A stretch of DNA of 64,000 nt from Candidatus Latescibacterota bacterium (GCA_965208125.1 OZ242320.1:2528001-2592000); one strand, 5' to 3'. Shown: positions 9,815 through 19,541, counted from the first letter of the stretch. Numbers and translations are program-made. The notes: generated by a model from the sequence alone, not told the origin.

Positions 9815-12232
9815 TCACTCATAACGCAGCGCGTCAACTGGATTGGCGCGTGCAGCGCGGATGGCTTGTAAGCTGATGGTGCAGAACGCGATCACAAGCA
9901 CCAGCAGGCTTCCGATGAGAAATACGCTCGGATCCAGATCAATTCGGTAGGCAAAACGATCCAGCCATGACCGGACGAAGAGATATGCGGCAGGCCATGC
10001 CAGCAAACTTGCGACGATGATGAGTACTGCAAATTCCTTCAGTAGGAGAATTAGAATATCGCCAGACGATGCCCCCAGGACTTTGCGAACGCCGATTTCT
10101 TTGGTGCGAACTTCTGTGGTATAGGCAATCAGGCCCAAAAGACCCAAACAGGCGACGAAAATGGCCAGGCCCGAAAGATAGGTGAAGGCTTTCTGGGTAC
10201 GCATCTCGCCGTGGTAGAAGTTGTTTAAGAAATCATCGACGAAGAGGAATTTGAAGGCGTGAGCCGGTACAAAATCCTTCCAGACTGATGCGAGAAAATC
10301 CAGTGTTTTGGGCAGGTTGTCCATACGCACTTTCACGGTGACGTAATCGTACCAGGGTCGATATATAAGCATCAGAGGTCGCACGGGATTGTGCAGGCTG
10401 CTGTTGTGAAAGTCTTTGAAAATACCGACGACAGTGAAATTGAAATCCCTCCCCCCAAAGCTCAGGACGGTACCCGGTTTTGCGCCGCCCAGTGCCTGAG
10501 CGGCTGTTTCGTTCAGGAGCAAGTTGAATTGGTTCTTATCAGTTAGGGCCAATGGCCTGCCTTCGAGGATAGGGATGTTATAGACCTCGGTAAATTTGTG
10601 ATCCACCGACAAGAAGTGGACATTCACGGAATCTGCATGGTCCAGTCGTCTGATTAGCGAGCGATCAGTATTATTTTCATAACCAGGCGGAGCCTGAGAA
10701 ACAGTCACGCTCAAAATATCGGGACTTGTCTCAAAACGGTCTCGAATGCTTTCAAAGTGCTCGCGCAAGCGTCGGTCTTCTTTGAGCAGGGGCATGGTAA
10801 TCAAGCCCTCTTTTGCAAATCCGAGGTCGCGTGTGCGAATATAGTTTGTTTGCTGCCAGGCAATGAGGGTACCAATGACGAGGGCTACCGAAATGGCAAA
10901 TTGGAAAGTTACCAGACTTCGCCGAAGTTGGGATCGCCCGCCGATCTTCTGTCCTGAGCCTTTTAGAACTTGCACAGCAGCAAAGGATGATAGGAATACC
11001 GCTGGATAGATACCGGCAGTTAGGCCGACAAAGAGCGCGAGCAATGCAGCACCAACGACGGACCAGGCGTTTAGCTGTAAAGAAGAAATTAGCAGGTTGT
11101 TGACTATGGGAAGTGTAAGTTCGACAATGGCGAGTGCCAAAATAGCCGATATCCCGGCGAGGAGAACAGTCTCTCCGAGAAACTGGGTGACAAGCTGGGC
11201 GCGTGTGGATCCCACGGCCTTGCGTACACCAACTTCCAGGGCACGGTTCGCTCCCCGCGCTGTAGATAGGTTTACGAAATTGACACATGCCAGTGCCAAA
11301 ATGATTGCTCCTATAAGGCCAAAAGTATAGCAGCGGTTGATGTCCCCCTGCACAAGACCGTCCTGCTGGTCCAACACATCCATCTGCAATTGAAAATCGC
11401 GTCGGGCATACAAATGCTGACGACGCAAGGGCATAAGGTCGTAGGTGTCACGCGGGTCTGCGCCATTGCCCAGATGGCGGTGTGCAAATTCATGGAGCTT
11501 GGGGCGAAGAGATGACGGGGAGACATCAGGCGTGAGCCGAACAAAGGTTTTCAGAACGAGGAATTTTGTTGTGGGATACCACTGCCTTCCCCATGGTGGA
11601 TTTGTGAGTCCGGTGGTTCCTTCATAAGTGACTAACAGGTCAAACACAAACTCACCCGATGTGGCAACTGGTTGGTCTCGGAGAATACCGCCGATGTAGA
11701 AGTCGCCTTCCACCCACTTGTAGTAAATCTTGAGCGTTCGCCCGATAACTTCAGTGGTGCCAAAGAGCTTTTGTGCAAAACTTTCTGTGATATAGACGGA
11801 TCCAGGCGTTAATTCGGGCGGTTGGCTTCCATCAATCAAGGGAAAGGTGAAAAAGCGCAGAAAATTGGGATCGGCTACGGTACCTCGCACATCGAAGCCG
11901 CGATCTTCAAGACCCGCCCACATGGGCCGCGTGATGAAGTGGGTCATATCCTCAATTTCGGGCAATTCATTGACAAGTGTGGCGCCAGCCCGATATTGAG
12001 TGCCGAATGGATAGTATGGAAGGCCACCACCTGATGGGTGTACAAGTCGCATTACGCGATGAATGCGGTCTATGTCCCGATGATAGGCGTCGTAGCTGAA
12101 CTCGTGCTGCAAGAATAGACCGACGAGGATACAAGCCGCCATCCCCACGGCAAGGCCAAAGATGTTGACGAGTGTGTAAAGGCGATGCCGAAAAAGATTG
12201 CGGAAAGATGTGCGGAGATAACTCAAAATCAT
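9815..12232 (-). CDS. ABC transporter permease, duplicated MacB/FtsX-type
   Basis: MILSYLRTSFRN behind GGAGG; ACVNFVNLSTAR, KEIGVRKVLGAS, NPVDALRYE. Confidence 0.95.
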   Translation of the reverse strand: MILSYLRTSFRNLFRHRLYTLVNIFGLAVGMAACILVGLFLQHEFSYDAYHRDIDRIHRVMRLVHPSGGGLPYYPFGTQYRAGATLVNELPEIEDMTHFITRPMWAGLEDRGFDVRGTVADPNFLRFFTFPLIDGSQPPELTPGSVYITESFAQKLFGTTEVIGRTLKIYYKWVEGDFYIGGILRDQPVATSGEFVFDLLVTYEGTTGLTNPPWGRQWYPTTKFLVLKTFVRLTPDVSPSSLRPKLHEFAHRHLGNGADPRDTYDLMPLRRQHLYARRDFQLQMDVLDQQDGLVQGDINRCYTFGLIGAIILALACVNFVNLSTARGANRALEVGVRKAVGSTRAQLVTQFLGETVLLAGISAILALAIVELTLPIVNNLLISSLQLNAWSVVGAALLALFVGLTAGIYPAVFLSSFAAVQVLKGSGQKIGGRSQLRRSLVTFQFAISVALVIGTLIAWQQTNYIRTRDLGFAKEGLITMPLLKEDRRLREHFESIRDRFETSPDILSVTVSQAPPGYENNTDRSLIRRLDHADSVNVHFLSVDHKFTEVYNIPILEGRPLALTDKNQFNLLLNETAAQALGGAKPGTVLSFGGRDFNFTVVGIFKDFHNSSLHNPVRPLMLIYRPWYDYVTVKVRMDNLPKTLDFLASVWKDFVPAHAFKFLFVDDFLNNFYHGEMRTQKAFTYLSGLAIFVACLGLLGLIAYTTEVRTKEIGVRKVLGASSGDILILLLKEFAVLIIVASLLAWPAAYLFVRSWLDRFAYRIDLDPSVFLIGSLLVLVIAFCTISLQAIRAARANPVDALRYE

Positions 12233-12257
12233 TTTGACCTCCATCCTGAATCGCTGG

Positions 12258-14696
12258 TTATTTAATGTTTAATGCCTCCACAGGATTAATATGAGCCGCT
12301 TTCAATACCTGGGGTATCACAGAAAATATAGATATCGTAAAGGCACATATTCCGCCTACTAAGAAAGGAAATACTGTCATGTCAATTCGATATGCGAATC
12401 CCTGTAGCCAGCTCATGATAGCCATATAGGAGATGGGTCCTGCTAACAAGTAGGCAATTAAAAAAAGCTTAAAAGACTCTGTAAGCATTAACGTGATGAT
12501 ATTGGTTTCTGACGCACCCAATACCTTCCGGATCCCTACTTCCTTTCTTCTCTGTTCGGTCATAAATGAAACAAGGCCCAAAAGCCCCAGGCAAGCTATA
12601 AAGATGGACAGCATGGAGAACACACCAATAGCTTTGCTCAATTGACGTTCATTTTCATATTGCAGCATTAAATCATCATCCAGGAAAGTATAGCTGAAGG
12701 GACGCGAAGGTAGAAATTGTTCCCAGGTCTGCTTCATAAACGCTACTGTTTCGTCGAAGTATTCAGGTGAGACTCTAAGGTAGAGTGTTTTAGCAACATA
12801 ATCACTGGGACATAGTACCATAGGTTCAATAGATTCATACAAAGATTGCGTGTGATAGTTTTTTACGATACCTACAACGACGCCTGATTCCTGCCCTTTA
12901 AATCCGAATCTTTTGCCTATCGGCTCTGTCCATCCCAGTGTCTTAATAGCTGCCTCATTGAGGATATATTCCTGTTCTCCTGTAAAAAAGTTACTCACAG
13001 CATTTTTTGAAAAATTTCGACCGGCAATCAATTCTATGTCAAAAAATGGAATAAAGTCTTCATCAACCTCGTTTATTTGCATCCACCGCTCGTTTTGTTC
13101 ACCTTGATAAGCATCGAAGGAATTAAGGGGTGCATCTATTCCGTGCTTAAAACGCGATATGGTGGCTGTGGTAATGTTCGGATGTTGTAAAAATGCTTGT
13201 TTTACAACATTATATCTTTTATTCAGAGAATCGCTCATCCCATCTGGTGATTTGCGATGTTCCCAGAAGATCGGCATTGCGATTACCTGATCTTTGGCGA
13301 AACCAAGGTTCTTATTTTGAATATAGTGTACCTGTTCGAGTACAATAAATGTCACAACAATCAAGACGATTGAGATTCCAAATTGAAATATGATGAGGCC
13401 TTGCCGCAGTACCTTGCCTCGGGACCCTGTATCAAGCCTTCCTCTCAACGTTTCTATCGGTCGAAAGTGCGATAAATAAAAGGCTGGATAAAATCCCCCT
13501 AAAAGGCTTACCAATAGAGCCAATCCCAGAAATTCCAGTATTAGACCGCTGTTAAAATTCAAAGAGAGATTGATTCCCGGATAGGTATTAAATATTGGAA
13601 GTGCGAGTTCTACGATGCTAATGCCGATAACTAAACTTATAACTGCCAATAAGGATGATTCTCCTATGAACTGACATATCAAATTTCGCCGACTGGCACC
13701 AACGACTTTCCGAAGACCAACCTCTCTGGCTCTGTTTGCAGACCGCGCTGTTGCCAAATTTGTGAAGTTTATACAAGCAATAAGCAAAATAAAAATTGCT
13801 GCAAAAAATACCGTGTTGACCTGTGTGATGTTACCCTGGGGTATTTTTCCTTCCGATGCAAAGGTATGCCTGAGATCGTAATCCCGTTGGGAATAAAGAT
13901 AGACCTTCTTTAAAGGTTGTAAAAAGTACTCCATGTTTACGGCAATCTCCCGTCCCAGATGGCGTTCAATAAATGCGGGAAATTTAGATTCGAGAGAGGC
14001 TGGAGAAATGTCCTTTTTCAATAGCACATAAATGGAAAATGCACGCCATCTGGCGCTGGGTCGCCATTCGTGCCAGGTGGTAAATTCTGGATGTACTGAG
14101 GATGAAAGAAAATCAAATTGCAATGTGCTATGCCTTGAGACATCGCGCATGATGCCAGCAATTGTATAATCCCCCTCGACGTAACCTTCCCCTACATTGA
14201 TCACCTTTCCAATTGGGTCTTCTTCGCCAAAAAACTTTTTTGCGACTGATTCGGTTATCAAAACCGAGTTAGGTTGTAATAACGCTGTTTTATCTCCGCG
14301 AATAAGAGGAAACGTGAAAATATCCAGGAAATTGGGATCGGCGAGGCAAAAGGCTTGATTAAAAATTTTATCCTCGTGTTGAATCCATTCACGACGTATC
14401 ATAATGCGAACGGCTGCCTCAACTTCGGGAAGATCTTGAACCAGTGCAGGGCCTGTAGCACCAGACAATCTCCAATCATATACTTTTTCTCCATTTTCAG
14501 ACTTATATGCTCGAATCACACGATAAATGCGATCCCGATTCTCATGTTGAACATCATAGCTATATTGATCCTTAATAAATAGCATGATCAAGATTACAGA
14601 GGCGATACCTATTCCGAGCCCAATGATGTTTATAGCCGAATAAAACTTATATTTGAGCAAGTTTCGAACTGCTATGAGGATATAATTGCGAAACAT
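12258..14696 (-). CDS. ABC transporter permease, duplicated MacB/FtsX-type
   Basis: MFRNY start, ACINFTNLATARS, KEVGIRKVLGAS. Confidence 0.95.
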   Translation of the reverse strand: MFRNYILIAVRNLLKYKFYSAINIIGLGIGIASVILIMLFIKDQYSYDVQHENRDRIYRVIRAYKSENGEKVYDWRLSGATGPALVQDLPEVEAAVRIMIRREWIQHEDKIFNQAFCLADPNFLDIFTFPLIRGDKTALLQPNSVLITESVAKKFFGEEDPIGKVINVGEGYVEGDYTIAGIMRDVSRHSTLQFDFLSSSVHPEFTTWHEWRPSARWRAFSIYVLLKKDISPASLESKFPAFIERHLGREIAVNMEYFLQPLKKVYLYSQRDYDLRHTFASEGKIPQGNITQVNTVFFAAIFILLIACINFTNLATARSANRAREVGLRKVVGASRRNLICQFIGESSLLAVISLVIGISIVELALPIFNTYPGINLSLNFNSGLILEFLGLALLVSLLGGFYPAFYLSHFRPIETLRGRLDTGSRGKVLRQGLIIFQFGISIVLIVVTFIVLEQVHYIQNKNLGFAKDQVIAMPIFWEHRKSPDGMSDSLNKRYNVVKQAFLQHPNITTATISRFKHGIDAPLNSFDAYQGEQNERWMQINEVDEDFIPFFDIELIAGRNFSKNAVSNFFTGEQEYILNEAAIKTLGWTEPIGKRFGFKGQESGVVVGIVKNYHTQSLYESIEPMVLCPSDYVAKTLYLRVSPEYFDETVAFMKQTWEQFLPSRPFSYTFLDDDLMLQYENERQLSKAIGVFSMLSIFIACLGLLGLVSFMTEQRRKEVGIRKVLGASETNIITLMLTESFKLFLIAYLLAGPISYMAIMSWLQGFAYRIDMTVFPFLVGGICAFTISIFSVIPQVLKAAHINPVEALNIK

Positions 14697-14718
14697 CGTA
14701 ATATCTCCTTTGGAAAAC

Positions 14719-15348
14719 TCAATCTGAATTCGTACCCGAAGCTATGAATATACCGATGCTGGCGAATTTGCCGCCACAGCTCGACTGCGCTTCGCAACAT
14801 GTGCCGATGCTGTCAATATATACGTCTCTTAGTCCCGCGCTCTGAAACCATTCCACAATATCTGATCTTTTGAAACCCATCCAGCGATCGTGGTGTTCTT
14901 CCCGCAGGAAGTCGAATTCGTGTTCGTCCAGGTCCGTGATCACCAGTTTACCAGCGGGCTTCAGAATTCGGACCATTTCTGCGATTGCTTTGGAAGGGGA
15001 TTCAACGTGGTGGAGATACATGTTGGCAAAAGCATAGTCAACTGTTGCATCGGGAATGGGCAAGTTTTGGGCTTGTCCAACGCGATAGTCAATCGTCTCA
15101 ACGTCCGCAAATTTTCTCTTCATTTCTTTCAGGATTGCTTCAGACTGATCCACTGCAATGACCTGAAGTCCCTTCTGTATCAGACCTTCGGAGATAAAAC
15201 CTGTGCCTGCGCCGATATCAGCGGCAGTTTTGCCTTTTTGGATAGCAGCGATAGAAAGTGCTTCTTGCCTGACCTCATCGGAGAAGAAACTTTCTCGCAT
15301 TTCGTCCCAGTCCTGGGCAACACGATCAAAGTAGTCCTTACTGCTCAT
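14719..15348 (-). CDS. Class I SAM-dependent methyltransferase
   Basis: ADIGAGTG motif I, NMYLHHVE, RILKPAG. Confidence 0.9.
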   Translation of the reverse strand: MSSKDYFDRVAQDWDEMRESFFSDEVRQEALSIAAIQKGKTAADIGAGTGFISEGLIQKGLQVIAVDQSEAILKEMKRKFADVETIDYRVGQAQNLPIPDATVDYAFANMYLHHVESPSKAIAEMVRILKPAGKLVITDLDEHEFDFLREEHHDRWMGFKRSDIVEWFQSAGLRDVYIDSIGTCCEAQSSCGGKFASIGIFIASGTNSD

Positions 15349-15424
15349 TGGTATTTATTCCTTGCTGTAAAAGGTATATCAGGAATACCTGAATAGATGG
15401 GTTTGCCATCTCGATAAGGGGCTT

Positions 15425-17860
15425 TTACTCATCCCGCAGCGCGTCAACCGGATTGGCGCAGGCTGCACGCCAGGCTTGTCCGCCTACGGTTACGAGCACA
15501 ATTCCCAGCGTCAATAGCCCTGTCGCAATGAACATGAGTGGCCCCAGTTCGATGCGGTAGGCGAAATCATTGAGCCAGGAGGACATGAGATAGTACGCCA
15601 CCGGCCATCCGATTACATTGGCTATGATAGTTAGCCATAGGAAATTGCGGGTCAGCAATAGAATGATATTTCCCTCCGTGGCGCCGAGTACTTTGCGAAT
15701 GCCGATCTCTTTGGTGCGCTGTTGTGTGGCAAACGCGATCAATCCGAGCATTCCCAAACAACTGATAAAGATGGACAGCGCGGCAAAAACCCCGCACACT
15801 TTTTGCAGCGTTATCTCTGACTGGTAATAGGCATCGAGCGCTTCGTTGAAAAATCGATACTCAAAAGGCCGGTCCGGCAAAAACTGCTTCCACACGCTTT
15901 CCAGCGTGGCGAGTTGTGTCCTCAGGTCCCCGGGTGATAGGCGTACGGCGACCCAATGCAAACTGGGTGAGTTTTCCAATATCAGGGGTGCAATACCGTG
16001 GTGCAGTGACTGGTTGTGGTAATCCTTGACCAGGCCGATTACCTGTATCTGAACCCGGCCATCGGCATAGAAAAGAGACTTGCCTACGGGATCGTCCCAT
16101 CCGAGTTCCCGTGCGGCTGTCTCATTGATCAATGCGGAACCTTCCCATTTGTTTTCGTCGATTCTGCGAAAGTTAGGCATACCAATCAGGCTCCTGCCCG
16201 ATACAATGGACAATCCGAACAGATCGAGATAACTGTCATCAATGCCGTTCCAGTACAGCTTGAATGTCGCATCGCCATGCCCTTCGGCGCGCAGAATGCG
16301 TCTATCCACAGCGATTCGCCCAGGCGGTGTGTGAAATGCCGATGCTTTCAACACACCCGGTTGTGTGCGAAATTCATTGACGATGGCTCCCGCCTTTGGC
16401 CGCAGTCCCCGGTCTTTCAAAAAGAACGGCATCATGACAATGTGTTCCTTTTCAAATCCCAGTTCTTTGGTACGTACGAATGTAAGCTGACTATACACCA
16501 CCAGCGTCGTGATGATCAAGACCACAGATATGCCGAACTGTATCACAACCATTATCTGATTCATACCCCTGCGCCGAGACTGCAACGTGCCCTTCAGTGC
16601 TCGAACCGGCTCGAATGCCGATAAGACAAATGAAGGATAGCTCCCGGCGAGCAGGCCCGTGCCCAATAATACGCATAACGAGAGCGCCAGGACGAATACT
16701 GAGCCCGCGTCGGTCAAATGCAGATCAACGCCCATGAAGTCATTAAAAAAGGGCAGTGCATCGGAGGCAAATAATACCGCCAGCACGCCTGCTAATAAGA
16801 CGATGATCAGGGACTCGCCCAAAAATTGACCCATTAATTGCAACCGTGTCGCGCCTACGACCTTGCGCAGGCCAACTTCGCGTAGCCGACTGGCTGATCG
16901 CGCCGTTATCAGGTTGATGTAATTGATGCAGGCGATCAACAGTACGAGTAGTCCAATGAATAGCAGCGTATAACAGCGCGTGATGTTCCCGGCATTGATC
17001 TCCGCTGTGCCGTAATCCTGCATCGAGTACAGATGGATGCGGTCGAGCGACTGTAAGTAGAAATCATAGCGTTCGGGACCGTCAAGCTGATGGTCGGCTG
17101 CAAATGCGTGTAGTTTTTCTTGCAGTTCAGCAATATCGGCTCCCTGACGCACCAGCACATAAGTCCGCAACGGTCCGATAAACCAATTTGAGGGCCACTC
17201 GTCCCACACCAGTCGTCGCCATCCGTTTTCTGGATATTGTTCCGATGGTTGTGGATATGTGGTGGTGAGAAAATCGAACTGTAGCTTGTCATTTGATGTC
17301 TTTGGTTGGTTCTTCAGGATACCGGTAATTGTGAAATCGCCCTTAAACCACTTGTAGTGAATATTGACGGTTTTGCCTATGGGGTCTTCATCGCCGAACA
17401 ATTTGTGAGCCAGGGTCTGAGAGAGAAACGCGGTATGGGGATCGTTTAGTCCGGTTTTGGGATCGCCGACGACCATTGGTAGCGTAAAGACATCGAACAT
17501 CTCCGCATCGGTTATGCACACGCGCGTATTGAAACCACGATCCTCATGAGATGCCCACATACCCCTGACGAGCATTCGAGTCACTGCCTCAACTTCGGGG
17601 AATTTACCGCGCAGATGTGGAGCGACGGGCTTTGTTCCCAGGTCGTAGCGTTCGCCGCTGACATCCTTGATTTTTCGGATGACCCTGTAAATGCGGTCGC
17701 TTTTTTCGTGGTGCTGGTCAAAACGAAACTGGTAACCCACATACAATACCGCCAGCAACATGCACGCAATACCCACAGCCAATCCCAGGATATTCAGGAT
17801 TGAATAGAAGGCGTGCCGACGCAGATTTCTGAATCCAACGGTGAGGTAATTCCAGATCAT
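15425..17860 (-). CDS. ABC transporter permease, duplicated MacB/FtsX-type
   Basis: MIWNY start, ACINYINLITARS, KEIGIRKVLGAT, NPVDALRDE. Confidence 0.95.
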   Translation of the reverse strand: MIWNYLTVGFRNLRRHAFYSILNILGLAVGIACMLLAVLYVGYQFRFDQHHEKSDRIYRVIRKIKDVSGERYDLGTKPVAPHLRGKFPEVEAVTRMLVRGMWASHEDRGFNTRVCITDAEMFDVFTLPMVVGDPKTGLNDPHTAFLSQTLAHKLFGDEDPIGKTVNIHYKWFKGDFTITGILKNQPKTSNDKLQFDFLTTTYPQPSEQYPENGWRRLVWDEWPSNWFIGPLRTYVLVRQGADIAELQEKLHAFAADHQLDGPERYDFYLQSLDRIHLYSMQDYGTAEINAGNITRCYTLLFIGLLVLLIACINYINLITARSASRLREVGLRKVVGATRLQLMGQFLGESLIIVLLAGVLAVLFASDALPFFNDFMGVDLHLTDAGSVFVLALSLCVLLGTGLLAGSYPSFVLSAFEPVRALKGTLQSRRRGMNQIMVVIQFGISVVLIITTLVVYSQLTFVRTKELGFEKEHIVMMPFFLKDRGLRPKAGAIVNEFRTQPGVLKASAFHTPPGRIAVDRRILRAEGHGDATFKLYWNGIDDSYLDLFGLSIVSGRSLIGMPNFRRIDENKWEGSALINETAARELGWDDPVGKSLFYADGRVQIQVIGLVKDYHNQSLHHGIAPLILENSPSLHWVAVRLSPGDLRTQLATLESVWKQFLPDRPFEYRFFNEALDAYYQSEITLQKVCGVFAALSIFISCLGMLGLIAFATQQRTKEIGIRKVLGATEGNIILLLTRNFLWLTIIANVIGWPVAYYLMSSWLNDFAYRIELGPLMFIATGLLTLGIVLVTVGGQAWRAACANPVDALRDE

Positions 17861-17912
17861 ATCGGGCCTCCGTCTCTATTGCGAGGTAAGTACTATATAC
17901 ATTACGTTATGA

Positions 17913-17929
17913 AGCAAAAATTATGCCAG
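17913..17929 (-). promoter_or_regulatory. sigma54 (RpoN) -24/-12 promoter for the permease array
   Basis: Minus strand CTGGCATAATTTTTGCT: GG-N10-GC with TGGCA/TTGC consensus, ~52 bp upstream of ATG 17860. Confidence 0.8.
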
Positions 17930-17947
17930 AAAAGTCAAATATTGGAA

Positions 17948-17960
17948 TTACAACAAGTTA
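17948..17960. promoter_or_regulatory. Putative IHF site
   Basis: TTACAACAAGTTA, partial match to WATCAANNNNTTR, lying between enhancer-like sites and the sigma54 promoter. Confidence 0.4.
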
Positions 17961-17991
17961 CGAAAATTATCTGAATTTAGCGTCTTATAAA

Positions 17992-18030
17992 GTGTCCGAT
18001 TTTGATACAGTGGTGTCCGAAAATGAACAC
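17992..18030. promoter_or_regulatory. Tandem bEBP (NtrC-family) enhancer-like sites
   Basis: GTGTCCGATTTTGATACA and GTGTCCGAAAATGAACAC (TGT-N11-ACA and TGT-N10-ACA), starts 21 bp apart. Confidence 0.6.
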
Positions 18031-18065
18031 TTGATCGTAGAGAAATGTTAGTTGTGAAAATTCGT

Positions 18066-18091
18066 GAACCTTATGCCAAAAACTGTATCTA
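18066..18091 (+). promoter_or_regulatory. Putative ECF sigma autoregulatory promoter
   Basis: GAACCT-N16-TCTA directly upstream of the ECF gene, resembling the sigmaE-type GAACTT-N16-TCTRA consensus. Confidence 0.55.
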
Positions 18092-18121
18092 TTGTATGAA
18101 CGCGCGAATTGGGGTACTCTG

Positions 18122-19279
18122 ATGAATGATTCATTACCGGGCGACAAGACCCTGGTCAATAAAGCCTGTGGTGGAGATGAGAGAGCATTTGCCGATTTGA
18201 TTAACCAGCATCGATCTCTGGTGTTTGGGGTTATATGGGCTGTGCTGCGAGATGCTGATGATACCGAAGATGCCACGCAAGAGACATTTATTCTTGCCTA
18301 TCGGAATCTCAGCCAACTCGATGATGCCGGCAAGTTCTCATCCTGGCTTTATACAATTGCGCGCAACGTGGCTCTCAAATGGGTGAGAAAGCGAACCCTT
18401 GAGGCACGGGGATTATCAAGGGTGCAGGAATATCAACAACTCGAGTTTTTGCATCCTGAGAAAGTGGTGGAGTCACAGTACGCATCTGATCTGAAGCGGG
18501 CTTTCAAATTGCTTTCCCCGGCGGATCGGATGGTTACTACGCTGTTTTATCTGGTCGGATTACATCAGAATCAGATTGCCAGTATCCTCGGTATTCCGGT
18601 GGGTACTGTCAAGAGTCGGTTACACAGATCGCGGAAACAACTGAAAAGGAGGCTTTTAGTCATGGGAAATGAAACACATGTAGATCATGAAAATCAGGAA
18701 GATTACGGGCGCAGAGTTATTGGTGGAATGAGAGGGGTTATCCACTGGCAGAAATTGATTCAGGGCGATGGGTTGACGGACTGGCGTCCCGCAAAGGGAC
18801 ATACCGAAGCGTCTTTGCATCGCGTTTGGACGCGCACGGACGATGGCATCGTCGGTGAAGCAGGACCCTCAAGTGATAATGATTCTCCGCTTATTACAGG
18901 TGATTCTTCCTGGGGAAGTTATGAACTGTCGCTTCTCATTACGCCCATTTCTGGCGGCAATGCTCAGGTTTTCTTCCGAATGTCCGAAGACGAACGGTGC
19001 TGGTATTTGCTGGATTTCTTATTGGGCTGGCAGGCGGTTGCCATTAGTAAGGTTACTCCCGAGGGGCTAACAAAGCTCAGTGTGGTCAATTATCCCATTG
19101 AGCACGGACAGGAATACGATGTACAAATCGCCGCCCGGGGCGCGTCTCTTACATCATATATTGATGGCAAGTTGGTCAATCAAGTGACCGATTTTAGCTA
19201 TCAATCGGGACCGATTGCGCTGAATGTGTGGGAAAGCAAAACAGCTTTTCGAGACCTTCGATTCCGTCTTTTGCATTGA
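18122..19279 (+). CDS. ECF sigma factor with C-terminal DUF1080-like beta-sandwich domain
   Basis: sigma2 (DTEDATQETFI...FSSWLYTIARN), sigma4 (IASILGIPVGTVKSRLHRSR); C-terminal GNAQVFFR...IDGKLV...GPIALNVW...FRDLRF. Confidence 0.85.
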   Translation: MNDSLPGDKTLVNKACGGDERAFADLINQHRSLVFGVIWAVLRDADDTEDATQETFILAYRNLSQLDDAGKFSSWLYTIARNVALKWVRKRTLEARGLSRVQEYQQLEFLHPEKVVESQYASDLKRAFKLLSPADRMVTTLFYLVGLHQNQIASILGIPVGTVKSRLHRSRKQLKRRLLVMGNETHVDHENQEDYGRRVIGGMRGVIHWQKLIQGDGLTDWRPAKGHTEASLHRVWTRTDDGIVGEAGPSSDNDSPLITGDSSWGSYELSLLITPISGGNAQVFFRMSEDERCWYLLDFLLGWQAVAISKVTPEGLTKLSVVNYPIEHGQEYDVQIAARGASLTSYIDGKLVNQVTDFSYQSGPIALNVWESKTAFRDLRFRLLH

Positions 19280-19298
19280 ATCCTTAAAAAAAATTAGC

Positions 19299-19541
19299 TT
19301 AGTCCTGAGTGCGCTTGTCTCTGAAACAGGCTATTCCAAATATGATTGTAGCTGCTATGAGTATTCCCAGAGTCCATTTTGGAGGCAAGGGCAATGCAAA
19401 AGATACAAGTAGCAATATGAAACCACTAAGGGGACCTATAAAACGACGCAAAGACATTTGACCTTTTCGCCATTTTATGTATCCCACGACTTGATACGCA
19501 AACAGAACGCCTATAGCAAGGATCAGCAAGATCGTATACAT
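19299..19541 (-). CDS. Small hypothetical membrane protein (about 3 TM)
   Basis: Hydrophobic 80-aa ORF with AGGAGAG upstream. Confidence 0.6.
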   Translation of the reverse strand: MYTILLILAIGVLFAYQVVGYIKWRKGQMSLRRFIGPLSGFILLLVSFALPLPPKWTLGILIAATIIFGIACFRDKRTQD

